Shown here piece by piece: positions 37,255 to 47,951 of a DNA stretch of 64,000 nucleotides (position 1 is its first letter; each line of letters opens with the position of its first letter). Position numbers and translations under genes: made by a program. The DNA is from an uncultured Candidatus Saccharibacteria bacterium (GTDB lineage Bacteria; Patescibacteriota; Andersenbacteria; UBA10190). The DNA lies in assembly GCA_964610055.1 (NCBI GenBank), contig CAZSUC010000001.1, positions 6,021 to 70,020 of the forward strand, given 5' to 3'. Under the pieces are notes generated by a model. The model was not told the DNA's origin. It ran no database searches and was given only the letters and a program-made list of their open reading frames with translations.

Positions 37255-40200
37255 CTACTCTCCTTTTTCTGTTTCAGTTTCTGCAACAGTAGCAGGTTCT
37301 TCTGCGGTCACCACAACATTTTCATCTCGTACTACTTCTTGCTGACGAGCAGCTGCCTGAGCTTCCTCTACTAATCGCGTCGCGCCACGATAACCTGTAC
37401 CGACCGGAATCAAACGTCCGATAATTACGTTCTCTTTCAAGCCAAGCAACATGTCCTCGCGCCCTGTCACAGCCGCATCAATCAAAGTTCTTGCCGTTTC
37501 CATAAATGAAGCCGCCGCCAAGAAACTATTTGTCGTCAAAGATACTTTCGTGATTCCGAGTAATAAACGCTCTCCCACCGCAGGCTGTTTTCCTTCGGCT
37601 TCTGCCTCTGCATTAGCCTGCAAGAAAGCTTGAATCTCTACTACTCTCCCTGGTGGCAATTGTGTGTCTCCAGCGTCTTTAATTCGAATTCGAGACAGCA
37701 TCTGTCGCACAATTATTTCCAAGTGCTTATCGTTAATTGTTTCACCTTGAATACCATACACTTGTTGTACTTCTTTCAAGATGTAATGCTGCACGGATCG
37801 CACACCGGCATTATTAAATAATTCTTGCACATTCAAGTGTCCTTCAGTTAACTGCTGCCCAGAAACAACTTCACTTCCATCTTCTACTTCTAACGATACA
37901 TTACCCGGCACTCTAAACTCCACAACATCTTTATCCCGTCCACGAATCGACAACACATTATCTTTGATAGTTACGGTTCCACTAAAAGGAGCTGTAATCT
38001 TCTCAGCTTCTACGCTAGTAAACAACAACTCTCCTTCTTTAACACTCTTGCCTGATTCTATATCTTTGGCTAATTGTGCCCCCACCGTATCAAACTTTCG
38101 ATTTTTCGTCCCTTTGCTTGTTACGGTTACAACTATTTCTTTGCCCTCAGCTTTAACCGTTACCACTCCATCAATCGGACTCATAATCGCCTCACCTTTA
38201 GGCTGACGCGCTTCAAAAAGTTCTTCTACCCGCGGTAACCCCTGAGTAATATCATCTCCTCCGACACCACCAGAATGGAACGTTCTCATAGTCAACTGGG
38301 TTCCTGGCTCACCAATAGCTTGGGCTGCAACCACCCCAACCGCTTCTCCGATCTCAACCGCCTTATTCTTCCCCAAATCCCAGCCATAACATTGCTGACA
38401 AATTCCTCGTGGCGACTTACATGTTACCACTGAACGAATCGTCACTTCGTCTACATCTAATTTATCAATTTCAGCTGCTTCTTTTTCACCAATCATTGTT
38501 CCTCGTGACAACACTGTTTTCCCTGTCTTTGGATCTTTAATACCTTCCGCTAAAACTCGTCCCGTTACTCGCTGTCCTAAGCTAATACCTACTTCTTCGC
38601 TATCTTGTTTCGTAATGACTGCTCCTTCCGTGTCCTGACAATCCTCTTCTCGAATTACAACATCCTGCGCTACGTTTACTAACCGCCGCGTCAAATATCC
38701 AGCCGAGGCTGTTCTCAAAGCAGTGTCAGCCATACCCTTACGAGTACCGTGAGTTGACAAGAAGTATTCCAGCGCTGTGAATCCTTCTTTAAAGCTACTT
38801 TTAATCGGTAATTCTTCAACCCGACCAGTCGGACCAGCAACTGTTCCTTTCATACCAGTCATCTGCAAAGTCTGTCCCCAGCTTCCTCTCGCTCCTGAAC
38901 TTACCATCGCGAATACTGATCCTCTTGGATCCAACGCAGCTTGAGTCTGCTTGCCCATTTCTTCTCGAGCTCGATCCCATACCGCCACTGTCATTTTATA
39001 TCGCTCATCGTTTGTCAATAATCCGTTGTCATACTGCTCTCGAATTGTCGCTACTTCTTTTTCGGCTCTCACAATAATTTCTTCCTTTGCTTCCGGAGTT
39101 TTAAGATCTAACATCCCCCATGACAGACCACTCAAAGTTGCAAACTTGAATCCTAAGTCTTTCATCCGGTCAATTAACGCTGCCGCTTGCTCAGACCCAT
39201 AATGATTTAACACGTCAGCAATCACACGCTTTAATCGTCCCTTATCAAACGTTTCGTTAATAAACTTATAATCTCTCGGCAAAATCTCCGCGAAGATCAA
39301 ACGACCAACAGTTGTTTCGATAATCTCGGCCGATTCACTAGGTTGATCCGGATGTGGCACTTTAATTAGTGCATTTACCGCTAAATCATCTAGCTCAAAC
39401 GCAGCTAACGCTTCTTCAACTGATGAGAAATAACGTCCTTCGCCTTTCATTTCTGGCACTGGACATGTCATATGGTATACCCCTAAGACAACGTCTTGAG
39501 TTGCTGCTGTTGAGGGACGACCATCAGCCGGCTTTAACAAATTATGACTCGCTAACATGACGTTTTTAGCTTCGTATTGCGCCTGAGCCGACAATGGTAC
39601 GTGTACCGCCATTTGGTCACCATCGAAATCAGCGTTAAACGGTACCGTCACCATCGGATGAATCTGGATTGCTTTTCCTTCAATTAAAATTGGTTGAAAA
39701 GCTTGAATCCCCAACCGGTGCAAAGTCGGTGCCCGGTTTAACATAACCGTGTGCTTCTTAGTTACCTCTTCCAACGAATCCCACACTTCTGGAATTGCCT
39801 GTTCAATCAAGCGACCAGCCGAACGAATATTATGGGCTAACTCACGTTCAATTAATTCATGAATCACAAACGGCTTAAATAGCTCCAAAGCCATTGTTTT
39901 CGGTAAACCACACTGGTGCAATTCCAATTCCGGACCAATAACAATTACCGATCGTCCTGAGTAATCCACCCGCTTACCCAATAAGTTTTGTCGGAATCGT
40001 CCTTGCTTACCCTTTAACATATCCGCCAAGGACTTCAATTGACGCCGTTGCCCTGTTGCGCTCATTGTCGTTGAACCGCGTCGAGCCGAATTATCAATCA
40101 AGGCATCAACTGCTTCCTGTAACATTCTTTTTTCATTGCGCGTGATTACTTCCGGTGCCCCTAATTCCAATAATCGCTTTAACCGATTATTTCTATTAAT

Positions 40201-41199
40201 TACTCTGCGGTATAAGTCATTTAAATCTGATGCAGCAAATCTACCTCCATCTAATTGAACCATTGGTCGCAAATCAGGCGGAATAACCGGCAAAACCGTC
40301 ATTAACATCCATTCTGGTCGAATTCCAACCTTATCCATAGATTGGATTAACGACAAACGTCGCACAATTCTTTTTCTCTCCGCCGCCGACGCATCCTCCA
40401 TCCGCTTAGTCAGATCTTCTGTCATCTGTTTTAAATCAATTCCCTCAAAAATAGTTCTGATCGCTTCTGAACCAATTCCTGCTTTAAACACATGCCCGTA
40501 CTTCAAGGACAGATCTCGAAACTCTCCTTCTGAAATGATTTGATAGCGATGCAAACTTTCTAATTGTTCTTTTGCAGCAGTAATAGCTTCATCTAACTTC
40601 TGTAATTGTTCGCGCTCTTCTTTAACTAATTTCTCCTTGCGCTCCTCTCTGTCTGAAGCATCTTTTGGTAACTGTCCTCGCAATTGTCTATATCCTTGTT
40701 TCACCGCTGCGCGCTTTGACTCCGCTTCTCGTCCTAATCGATCCAGTACTTCTTGTCGTGCATTCTCATCAACATCCGTAACAATATATGATGCAAAATA
40801 AATCACCTTTTCTAATTGTGACACGTTAATATCCAGCAGCAGTCCCATCTTAGACGGCACACCTCGTAAGAACCAAATATGAGACACTGGAGTCGCCAAT
40901 TTAATATGTCCCATTCGCTCACGACGAACAATTGACCGCGTTACTTCCACTCCGCATTTATCACAAATGATTCCCTTGTACCGAATACGACGGTATTTTC
41001 CACACGAGCATTCCCAGTCTTTCACTGGCCCAAAAATTCGCTCATCAAATAAACCTTCTTTTTCTGGTTTTTGGGTTCGATAGTTAATTGTTTCCGGTTT
41101 TGTCACCTCTCCGTGTGACCACTCTAAAATACGGTCGGGCGAGGCTAAGGTTAATCGAACTGAATCGAACATTGTTTCTTGTTGTTGTATAGGTTCCAT
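37255..41199 (-). CDS. rpoC: RNA polymerase beta' subunit
   Basis: KPETINYRT, Zn finger, GKRVDYSGRSVI, NADFDGDQM, GEPGTQLTMRTFH. Confidence 0.99.
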   Translation of the reverse strand: MEPIQQQETMFDSVRLTLASPDRILEWSHGEVTKPETINYRTQKPEKEGLFDERIFGPVKDWECSCGKYRRIRYKGIICDKCGVEVTRSIVRRERMGHIKLATPVSHIWFLRGVPSKMGLLLDINVSQLEKVIYFASYIVTDVDENARQEVLDRLGREAESKRAAVKQGYRQLRGQLPKDASDREERKEKLVKEEREQLQKLDEAITAAKEQLESLHRYQIISEGEFRDLSLKYGHVFKAGIGSEAIRTIFEGIDLKQMTEDLTKRMEDASAAERKRIVRRLSLIQSMDKVGIRPEWMLMTVLPVIPPDLRPMVQLDGGRFAASDLNDLYRRVINRNNRLKRLLELGAPEVITRNEKRMLQEAVDALIDNSARRGSTTMSATGQRRQLKSLADMLKGKQGRFRQNLLGKRVDYSGRSVIVIGPELELHQCGLPKTMALELFKPFVIHELIERELAHNIRSAGRLIEQAIPEVWDSLEEVTKKHTVMLNRAPTLHRLGIQAFQPILIEGKAIQIHPMVTVPFNADFDGDQMAVHVPLSAQAQYEAKNVMLASHNLLKPADGRPSTAATQDVVLGVYHMTCPVPEMKGEGRYFSSVEEALAAFELDDLAVNALIKVPHPDQPSESAEIIETTVGRLIFAEILPRDYKFINETFDKGRLKRVIADVLNHYGSEQAAALIDRMKDLGFKFATLSGLSWGMLDLKTPEAKEEIIVRAEKEVATIREQYDNGLLTNDERYKMTVAVWDRAREEMGKQTQAALDPRGSVFAMVSSGARGSWGQTLQMTGMKGTVAGPTGRVEELPIKSSFKEGFTALEYFLSTHGTRKGMADTALRTASAGYLTRRLVNVAQDVVIREEDCQDTEGAVITKQDSEEVGISLGQRVTGRVLAEGIKDPKTGKTVLSRGTMIGEKEAAEIDKLDVDEVTIRSVVTCKSPRGICQQCYGWDLGKNKAVEIGEAVGVVAAQAIGEPGTQLTMRTFHSGGVGGDDITQGLPRVEELFEARQPKGEAIMSPIDGVVTVKAEGKEIVVTVTSKGTKNRKFDTVGAQLAKDIESGKSVKEGELLFTSVEAEKITAPFSGTVTIKDNVLSIRGRDKDVVEFRVPGNVSLEVEDGSEVVSGQQLTEGHLNVQELFNNAGVRSVQHYILKEVQQVYGIQGETINDKHLEIIVRQMLSRIRIKDAGDTQLPPGRVVEIQAFLQANAEAEAEGKQPAVGERLLLGITKVSLTTNSFLAAASFMETARTLIDAAVTGREDMLLGLKENVIIGRLIPVGTGYRGATRLVEEAQAAARQQEVVRDENVVVTAEEPATVAETETEKGE

Positions 41200-41216
41200 A
41201 AGTCTTTCCTCCTAAA

Positions 41217-44200
41217 TTAACGTATGCGCGGTTGTTTAGATCTGGCCGTCCGCGCCGCATCTCGGTCGACTCCGACATGTTCGGTTTGGATCTCTTGTTC
41301 TTCAGCGCGTTTTCCTACTAATTCAACATCTAGCGCCAATCCTTTAAGTTCTTGTACTAAGACATCAAATGCAGCTGGTGCATGCGGCGTTCGAATTGGC
41401 TCTCCTTTCACAATTGCCTCATATGTTTTACTGCGCCCAACTACATCATCTGACTTAATTGTTAACATTTCTTGTAAAGTGTAAGCTGCTCCGTACGCTT
41501 CCAATGCCCATACTTCCATCTCTCCAAACCGCTGGCCACCAAACTGTGCTTTTCCTCCTAATGGCTGCTGCGTTACTAATGAGTACGGTCCTGTTGAACG
41601 CATATGAATCTTGTCCTCAACTAAGTGATGCAACTTTAGAATATACATCACCCCTACTGTTACTGGGTTATCAAACTTTTCACCGGATAAACCATCGTAC
41701 AATTCAACTTTTCCGTTCTCAGGTAAACCCGCTTTCTTTAGTTCTTCTTTAATTGTTTCTTCCGCAACCCCGGCAAACGGCGCTGAGGCCACGTAATAAT
41801 CCAAGCGTTCTGCTGCAATACCTAAATGTGTTTCCAAAATCTGACCAATATTCATACGACTTGCGACTCCCATTGGATTCAACACGATATCAACTGGTGT
41901 TCCATCCTCTAAGAACGGCATATCTTCTACTGGCACCACTTTAGAAATAACACCTTTATTACCGTGCCGTCCGGCAAATTTATCTCCTACTTGCAACTTT
42001 CTAATTTGCGCAACACTTACTTGAACCTGCTTGATAACTCCACTCGGCAATTTATCTCCGTCTTCTCGTGAAAATATCTTTACGTCCACAACTTTTCCTT
42101 CTTGGCCGTGACGCAAATACAATGATGTATCTTTAACATCTTTTGCTTTTTCACCAAAGATCGCTCGCAATAACCGCTCTTCAGCCGTTAAATCAGTCTC
42201 ACCTTTATTAGTCACTTTTCCAACCAAAATATCACCTGATCGCACTTCCGCTCCGATCCGCACAATTCCTTCTTCATCTAAATTACGCAGCTTTTCCTCA
42301 CTTACATTTGGAATATCACGTGTTACAACTTCTGGACCTAACTTTGTATCCCGCACATCTACTACAAAATCCTCAATATGAATCGAGCTATATCGGTCAT
42401 CACTCACTACTCGCTCCGACACCACGATAGCATCTTCAAAATTACCGCCATACCACGGAATAAAGGCAACTAATAAGTTTTGTCCTAAGGCTAGTTCTCC
42501 TTTTTCCGTGGATGATCCATCCGCAATTACATCCCCCTTCTTTACCTTTTGTCCCGGTTCAACTAATACTCTCTGCAGCAATGCCGTTGATTGATTACTT
42601 CTCAAGAAATTATACAACCGGAAGATATGTTTCTCCTTCTTTTCATCGTCAATTACCGTGATGTGTTTTCCATCCGCTTCCACCACTGTTCCGTTCACTG
42701 TTGAAACAACTACTTGACCAGAATCAACCGCAGCTCGATGCTCCATTCCCGTTCCAATTCGCGGCGCCTGCGGCATAATTGATGGAACCGCCTGACGTTG
42801 CATATTCGATCCCATCAACGCCCGCTGGGCATCATCATGCTCAATAAACGGAATTAAACTACTAGCCAATGACACCATCTGGCTAGTCGAAACATCCATG
42901 TAATTAATTTCTTTCGGGTCAACGGCTGAGAACTGGCCACGTGCGCGCACTTCTACCATCTCATTCACAAACTCGCCGTTATTTTTTATTGGTTCACCGG
43001 CATGTGCAATCACCATTTTATCTTCCCGATATGCGTCTAAATATTCCACTTCTTCCGTTACTTTTCCGTTAGTCACCTTACGATATGGCGTCTCTAAAAA
43101 TCCGTATTCATTGATTCTGGCATATAAAGCCATATGTCCCACCAATCCAATATTTGGACCTTCTGGCGACTGAATCGGACAGATTCGACCATAATGACTT
43201 CGGTGTACGTCTCGAACCTCGAATCCTGCTCGATGCCGATCCAAGCCCCCTGGACCCATCGCTGACAAACGACGCTTATTTTCTACTTCAGACAACAAAT
43301 TGGTCTGATCCATAAATTGCGACAACTGAGAACTTGTGAAAAATTCTTTAATGGCCGCAATAATCGGTCGTGCGTTAATCAGTTGTGCTGGTGTCACTGT
43401 TTCCAAATCTAAAGTACTCATTCGATCTTTGGCAATCCGCTCCATTCGCATCAATCCGACTCGAAACTTATTCTGAATTAACTCTCCCACGGCTCGCACT
43501 CGTCGATTACCTAAATGATCAATATCGTCCGCTGCTTCTTGTGTTACGTTTAATCGAATTACTTCGCGTACTGTTGCAATCAAATCTTCTAATCGGAAAA
43601 TACGACTTTCCGGATCTTCTGATACGCTCATTTCTAACCGCTGATTCATGCGATAGCGTCCCACTCGGCCAAAGTCATATCGATCAAATCTGAAAAACAT
43701 ATCATGCACCATCTGTCGCGCATTATCTGCCGTCGCTAAATCTCCCGGACGCAAACGTCGGTATACTTCTTTTAATCCTTCATCCTGAGTTTTAGTTGTA
43801 TCACGTGCTAACGTTGCATCCACATATGAAATTTCCTTATCAACGTCTACATCTTGCAGCGCTTTTTTAATTTCTTCATTTGTTGTTAACCCTAGTGCTC
43901 GGAATAATGCTGATGCAGCTAATTTACGTTTGCGATCAATCTTCACGTAAATTGCCCCGTCCATCGCCGTTTCTACCTCTAACCACGCTCCCCGGTTAGG
44001 AATAATTTTTGCCCCATACCAATTTCGTCCTCGCGCACTTGCTGACGTGAAAAATACGCCCGGTGAGCGTATTAACTGTGAAACCACAACTCTTTCAACA
44101 CCATTAATAATAAAGGTGCCGCGCGGTGTCATTACTGGAAATTCTCCTAAATAAACCTCTTGTTCTTTCACCTCTCCCGTCTTCTTATTAACCAAACGCA

Positions 44201-44495
44201 CCGCTGAACGTAGCGGAGCTTCATAGGTTGCATTTCGATCACGTGCTGTTTCTTCCGTATGCTTCGGTGCATCTAAATAATGATCCAAAAATTGTAATTC
44301 TAAATTACCAGCGTAATCAGTAATCGGTGAAATTTCGGCAAACAGTTCACCTAGACCCTGCTGGAAAAACCAATCGTAAGACTCTAATTGAGCCTGAAGT
44401 AAATAATTAAAATTGATTGCGCTTACTGGCTGGCTTGTAAATGATTCCCGCTTACGCACTGCGGAACCATGGGGAGAGGAATTGGTTTTTAGCAT
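41217..44495 (-). CDS. rpoB: RNA polymerase beta subunit
   Basis: [45 protein letters not shown]. Confidence 0.99.
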   Translation of the reverse strand: MLKTNSSPHGSAVRKRESFTSQPVSAINFNYLLQAQLESYDWFFQQGLGELFAEISPITDYAGNLELQFLDHYLDAPKHTEETARDRNATYEAPLRSAVRLVNKKTGEVKEQEVYLGEFPVMTPRGTFIINGVERVVVSQLIRSPGVFFTSASARGRNWYGAKIIPNRGAWLEVETAMDGAIYVKIDRKRKLAASALFRALGLTTNEEIKKALQDVDVDKEISYVDATLARDTTKTQDEGLKEVYRRLRPGDLATADNARQMVHDMFFRFDRYDFGRVGRYRMNQRLEMSVSEDPESRIFRLEDLIATVREVIRLNVTQEAADDIDHLGNRRVRAVGELIQNKFRVGLMRMERIAKDRMSTLDLETVTPAQLINARPIIAAIKEFFTSSQLSQFMDQTNLLSEVENKRRLSAMGPGGLDRHRAGFEVRDVHRSHYGRICPIQSPEGPNIGLVGHMALYARINEYGFLETPYRKVTNGKVTEEVEYLDAYREDKMVIAHAGEPIKNNGEFVNEMVEVRARGQFSAVDPKEINYMDVSTSQMVSLASSLIPFIEHDDAQRALMGSNMQRQAVPSIMPQAPRIGTGMEHRAAVDSGQVVVSTVNGTVVEADGKHITVIDDEKKEKHIFRLYNFLRSNQSTALLQRVLVEPGQKVKKGDVIADGSSTEKGELALGQNLLVAFIPWYGGNFEDAIVVSERVVSDDRYSSIHIEDFVVDVRDTKLGPEVVTRDIPNVSEEKLRNLDEEGIVRIGAEVRSGDILVGKVTNKGETDLTAEERLLRAIFGEKAKDVKDTSLYLRHGQEGKVVDVKIFSREDGDKLPSGVIKQVQVSVAQIRKLQVGDKFAGRHGNKGVISKVVPVEDMPFLEDGTPVDIVLNPMGVASRMNIGQILETHLGIAAERLDYYVASAPFAGVAEETIKEELKKAGLPENGKVELYDGLSGEKFDNPVTVGVMYILKLHHLVEDKIHMRSTGPYSLVTQQPLGGKAQFGGQRFGEMEVWALEAYGAAYTLQEMLTIKSDDVVGRSKTYEAIVKGEPIRTPHAPAAFDVLVQELKGLALDVELVGKRAEEQEIQTEHVGVDRDAARTARSKQPRIR

Positions 44496-44793
44496 AAATA
44501 GTTAAATGAGGCGTTAGAACTAAAAAAATTAATCTCACTACTAGATGCCTCTTGAGTTATGCCTTACAGTCAACCAACTCCCTTCTCGACTACATCATTT
44601 ATCGTAAAAACCCCAAGAAAAGTTACGGCTTGCGGAGCTACCTACCGGGCGAAGCAATTTGCTCTTCAAGGTGTAACTAATACCTTGCGCCCATTATTCG
44701 CACTCCACTATTATTTTTTGACTACATGCACACAAATAACACTCGTCTTACGACGATTACTTGAGTATATGCGTAAAAAAAATCACTTGTCAA
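44496..44793 (-). promoter_or_regulatory. rpoB promoter and ~260-nt multibranched 5' leader
   Basis: TTGACA(44793-88)-18-TATACT(44769-64); nested stems listed in the findings. Confidence 0.65.
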
Positions 44794-45167
44794 GAGTTTT
44801 TGTCCAAATAATACCTTACTTGAGCCACCTCTTTGACTTTTTCTTGATTTAATTGTATAATTAAAGAATCAATCTCGCCGGCTTCTAATTCCACCACCGG
44901 AATTCTCCATCCCAACGCCAACGCATTTGCTATTGTTACTCCGGTCCTAACTCCCATAGTTCGATTTCTCGCTGTTGCCACCACCCCAATTCGGTCTAAT
45001 TCCGCTCCTTCAATATTTAGCTTATTTAAAGCATTTTTTAAAATTTCTAAAACTAACTTCGTTGTCACTTTATTATTTTTTCCTCTTTCTTGAGCCAAAA
45101 CTTCTGTATCTTTAACTAATACCACTGTAATCTCCTCTCCCGAGGTATCAATTAAAACTCCTGTCAT
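44790..45167 (-). CDS. truncated TsaB/YeaZ-like protein
   Basis: LIDTS...V.L, LDRIGV, GVRTGVTIANALALGWRIPVV; only 125 aa. Confidence 0.7.
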   Translation of the reverse strand: MTGVLIDTSGEEITVVLVKDTEVLAQERGKNNKVTTKLVLEILKNALNKLNIEGAELDRIGVVATARNRTMGVRTGVTIANALALGWRIPVVELEAGEIDSLIIQLNQEKVKEVAQVRYYLDKNS

Positions 45168-46351
45168 ATTTTACGATTTAATACATCTAATACGACCTGC
45201 TTCTCATTCCAAGGCACTATCTTATGTCCTATTGCCATCCCTGTTTCCGCCCCCTTACCAGTCACCACTATAGTGTCTCCTGCCTGGGCTTGCTCAATAC
45301 AATATTGAATCGCTTCTCGTCGATCTGTAATCCTCTGCCACGGAATCTTGGCTTCTTTTAGACCTTCTTCTAAATCCTGAAAAATTTGCTCTTCGTCTTC
45401 TGTCCAAGGATCTTCTCGCGTCAACACTAACTCATCGGCTCGTTCCGCCACCGCTGCCGACATTAACGGTCTTTTTCCTCGATCTCGCAAACCACAAGCC
45501 CCTAATATTCCCCATACTTTTCCTTCGGTCTTTACTCTGACATCATCGTATAATCGCTCCAACGCATCCGGTGTTACTGCATAGTCAATTAAAATAGCTG
45601 GCTTATTTCCTTGTCTAATCCACTCCATTCTTCCCGGCACCACCTTTACGTAATTAATCCCCGCTTTTATTTTATCCGCGGTAATACCAACGGCTTCCGC
45701 CGCTAACTTAACAGCCGCTGCGTTCTCCTGATTAAAAGACCCTAATAAATGTGTCTCAACATTTTTTGCCTGCTCACTTGTCCATTGCTCTGTTTTTATC
45801 CCTTTCTCTTTTGCCTGTAATAAAATTTCCTTTACCAACTTATCATCCCCCTTCCCCACTAAAATTCCATCCGCTTCTAGCATGTTTACAATTTTAGCTT
45901 TTGCGAGCGCATATTCTTTCATCGTCCCATGATAGTCTAAGTGCTCTCGCGCAATATTAGTTATAATCGCAACCCGAAAACGTAATCCCGCTAATCTATG
46001 CTGATCCAACGCATGTGAAGTCACTTCTAATACAGCTTTCTCCACTCCCGCGTTCACCATTTTGCGCAAATATTTCATCACCACCGCACTTTTTAATGTC
46101 GTCATTTTACTTTCATTAACTTCCGTTTTCTCTCCCACTCGAAAAGACACCGTTGTCAGCATACCAACTTTATCCGCACCAAACGCTTCCTCCAAAACAC
46201 TCGTTAAAATATAGCAAGTAGTTGTCTTTCCGTTTGTTCCTGTCACCCCATGCAGAACCAATTTTTTATCTGGCCAACGATAATAAGCCCGCCACCATTG
46301 CGCTCGCACCCAATGCAACAAATTTTTAATTTTTTGCCAGGCTCGTATCAT
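45164..46351 (-). CDS. murE: Mur ligase, MurE type (lacks the N-terminal domain)
   Basis: GVTGTNGKTTT, EVTSHALDQ.R, TNI.REHLDYH, PGRME, DYA.TPDAL, RD.GKRP.M, GKG.E. Confidence 0.88.
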   Translation of the reverse strand: MIRAWQKIKNLLHWVRAQWWRAYYRWPDKKLVLHGVTGTNGKTTTCYILTSVLEEAFGADKVGMLTTVSFRVGEKTEVNESKMTTLKSAVVMKYLRKMVNAGVEKAVLEVTSHALDQHRLAGLRFRVAIITNIAREHLDYHGTMKEYALAKAKIVNMLEADGILVGKGDDKLVKEILLQAKEKGIKTEQWTSEQAKNVETHLLGSFNQENAAAVKLAAEAVGITADKIKAGINYVKVVPGRMEWIRQGNKPAILIDYAVTPDALERLYDDVRVKTEGKVWGILGACGLRDRGKRPLMSAAVAERADELVLTREDPWTEDEEQIFQDLEEGLKEAKIPWQRITDRREAIQYCIEQAQAGDTIVVTGKGAETGMAIGHKIVPWNEKQVVLDVLNRKI

Positions 46352-47295
46352 ACTAACCGTCGTCCTAATTTATATAACTCATACCATCCCTTCTTGACCG
46401 GATAATCCAGCGCATCTGGATAATCTATTCTTTGCCCGCCAAACCCCAACTTAAATCGTGTAATTCCAGCCCAGGGATGTGTTTTATCCGCATTTTCCGG
46501 AGCCACTCCATAAAAATCGTACTGCCTCATTCCCTGTTCCTGAGCTCGTTTAATCGAATTCCATTGCAATAAAACTGGCGCCATTACCGAACGTGATAGG
46601 GAAGAGCTCGCTCCATGAACATAAGTTGTCACCCCGCCATAGTTAACCAAGACATGAGCCGCTAATGGTTGATCGTTTAAATACGCCACTCCAATTTCGC
46701 ATAATCCAGCAGGGGAGAGCACACTCTGCATTTTGCGGTAATAATCATCTGGATGAAATTTAAACTCACTGCGTTCTTCTACCTCTCGACTTAATTGCAA
46801 AAAAACATCCACCATCTTCTCACCCGCCGCAAACTCTGTTCGCACTCCTTTTCGTTCCGCCAGTCTAATATTATATCTTGTTTTTTGATGCATCCCATTT
46901 AATAATTCCTCTTCTCTTTTATGCAAATCTAAAACAACTGTGTGTTGTGGCTGTACTGTTCGCGCTGTTTTCCAGCCCGGTACCTTCCAGCTTGGTTCTA
47001 TTTTTATAAATATCGCCCTTTCTTTATGCGCTAACTCAATCAATGCCCGCTCTAATTCTGGCCATATCTCCTCTGCACACACAAAGCCCCTTGGTACATA
47101 AATCCAATTCAATCCCATCGGCAAATTACGCTGTATCACTACAGCTCCCGCAATTAATTTATTTTCTTGACGCACACCTATGCGCCAAACCTTAAATCCA
47201 GCTGCCTCCTGAAAATCACCCCATTCCCAAGATTGTAAAAAAGGGGAGTGTTGGGTTAATTCCTGCCATTCTTTTTTATCTTCAACTATTTCCAT
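46348..47295 (-). CDS. FemABX-family peptidoglycan peptidyltransferase
   Basis: FLQSWEWG, YVPRG, KTRYNIRLA.RKGV, Y.HGAS, YDFYG, GITRFKLGFGG. Confidence 0.93.
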   Translation of the reverse strand: MEIVEDKKEWQELTQHSPFLQSWEWGDFQEAAGFKVWRIGVRQENKLIAGAVVIQRNLPMGLNWIYVPRGFVCAEEIWPELERALIELAHKERAIFIKIEPSWKVPGWKTARTVQPQHTVVLDLHKREEELLNGMHQKTRYNIRLAERKGVRTEFAAGEKMVDVFLQLSREVEERSEFKFHPDDYYRKMQSVLSPAGLCEIGVAYLNDQPLAAHVLVNYGGVTTYVHGASSSLSRSVMAPVLLQWNSIKRAQEQGMRQYDFYGVAPENADKTHPWAGITRFKLGFGGQRIDYPDALDYPVKKGWYELYKLGRRLV

Positions 47296-47298
47296 AGT

Positions 47299-47859
47299 TT
47301 ATTTCCCTTGTAACACCTGACGCACAGCTTGCTCAACAGTTTTAATTTCATCCGGCAACTTCTGTACTGCCAATCTGGCCTGCGATTTTGTATATCCCAA
47401 ACTTTCTAGCACTAATAAAGTTTCTTCTTGAATATCCGTCACTGAATTAGCTGTCTGAACACTACCAACTTTACCGGTTAGCTCAACCAAAATTCTTTCC
47501 GCTGTTTTCTTGCCTACGCCAGAAACTTTGGTTAACAACTTCACATCTTTATTCGCTACCGCCTGCTCTAATGTCCGCGGTGGCGCAATATCCAGCACAT
47601 TTAAAGCTGTGCGTGGACCTACGGACGGCACCGTAATCAAGAGCTCAAAATATTGTAGAAGCTCAGGATCATCAAATCCATACAGATTTTCCGCCTCATC
47701 ACTTACTTGGTGATGAATTCGCAATTCTAGCTCTTCCCCTATTTTCGCTCGTGCCATCAAAGAAGCTGGCACTGCCACCCGATACCCCACTCCTTGCACG
47801 TCTAAAACCACCCCCCGTTTTTCAAGCTCTAAAATTTCTCCCTTTAATCTGGCAATCAT
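47299..47859 (-). CDS. ruvA: Holliday junction branch migration protein RuvA
   Basis: MIARLKG, DVQGVGY, LYGF, V.SVGPRTAL, VSGVGKKTAERI..EL, L.SLGY. Confidence 0.96.
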   Translation of the reverse strand: MIARLKGEILELEKRGVVLDVQGVGYRVAVPASLMARAKIGEELELRIHHQVSDEAENLYGFDDPELLQYFELLITVPSVGPRTALNVLDIAPPRTLEQAVANKDVKLLTKVSGVGKKTAERILVELTGKVGSVQTANSVTDIQEETLLVLESLGYTKSQARLAVQKLPDEIKTVEQAVRQVLQGK

Positions 47860-47951
47860 ACTGCCCCTAAAGTATATCACCCTTCCTCAGGACACAATCC
47901 ATTATCACGCTCATGCTTTATAATTTTGTCAAGTAATCCTATGCTTTCCGT

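Noticed and set aside
44559-44852. 97-aa plus-strand ORF upstream of rpoB
   Set aside because: Antisense to the rpoB promoter and leader and to the tsaB end, with no protein motif
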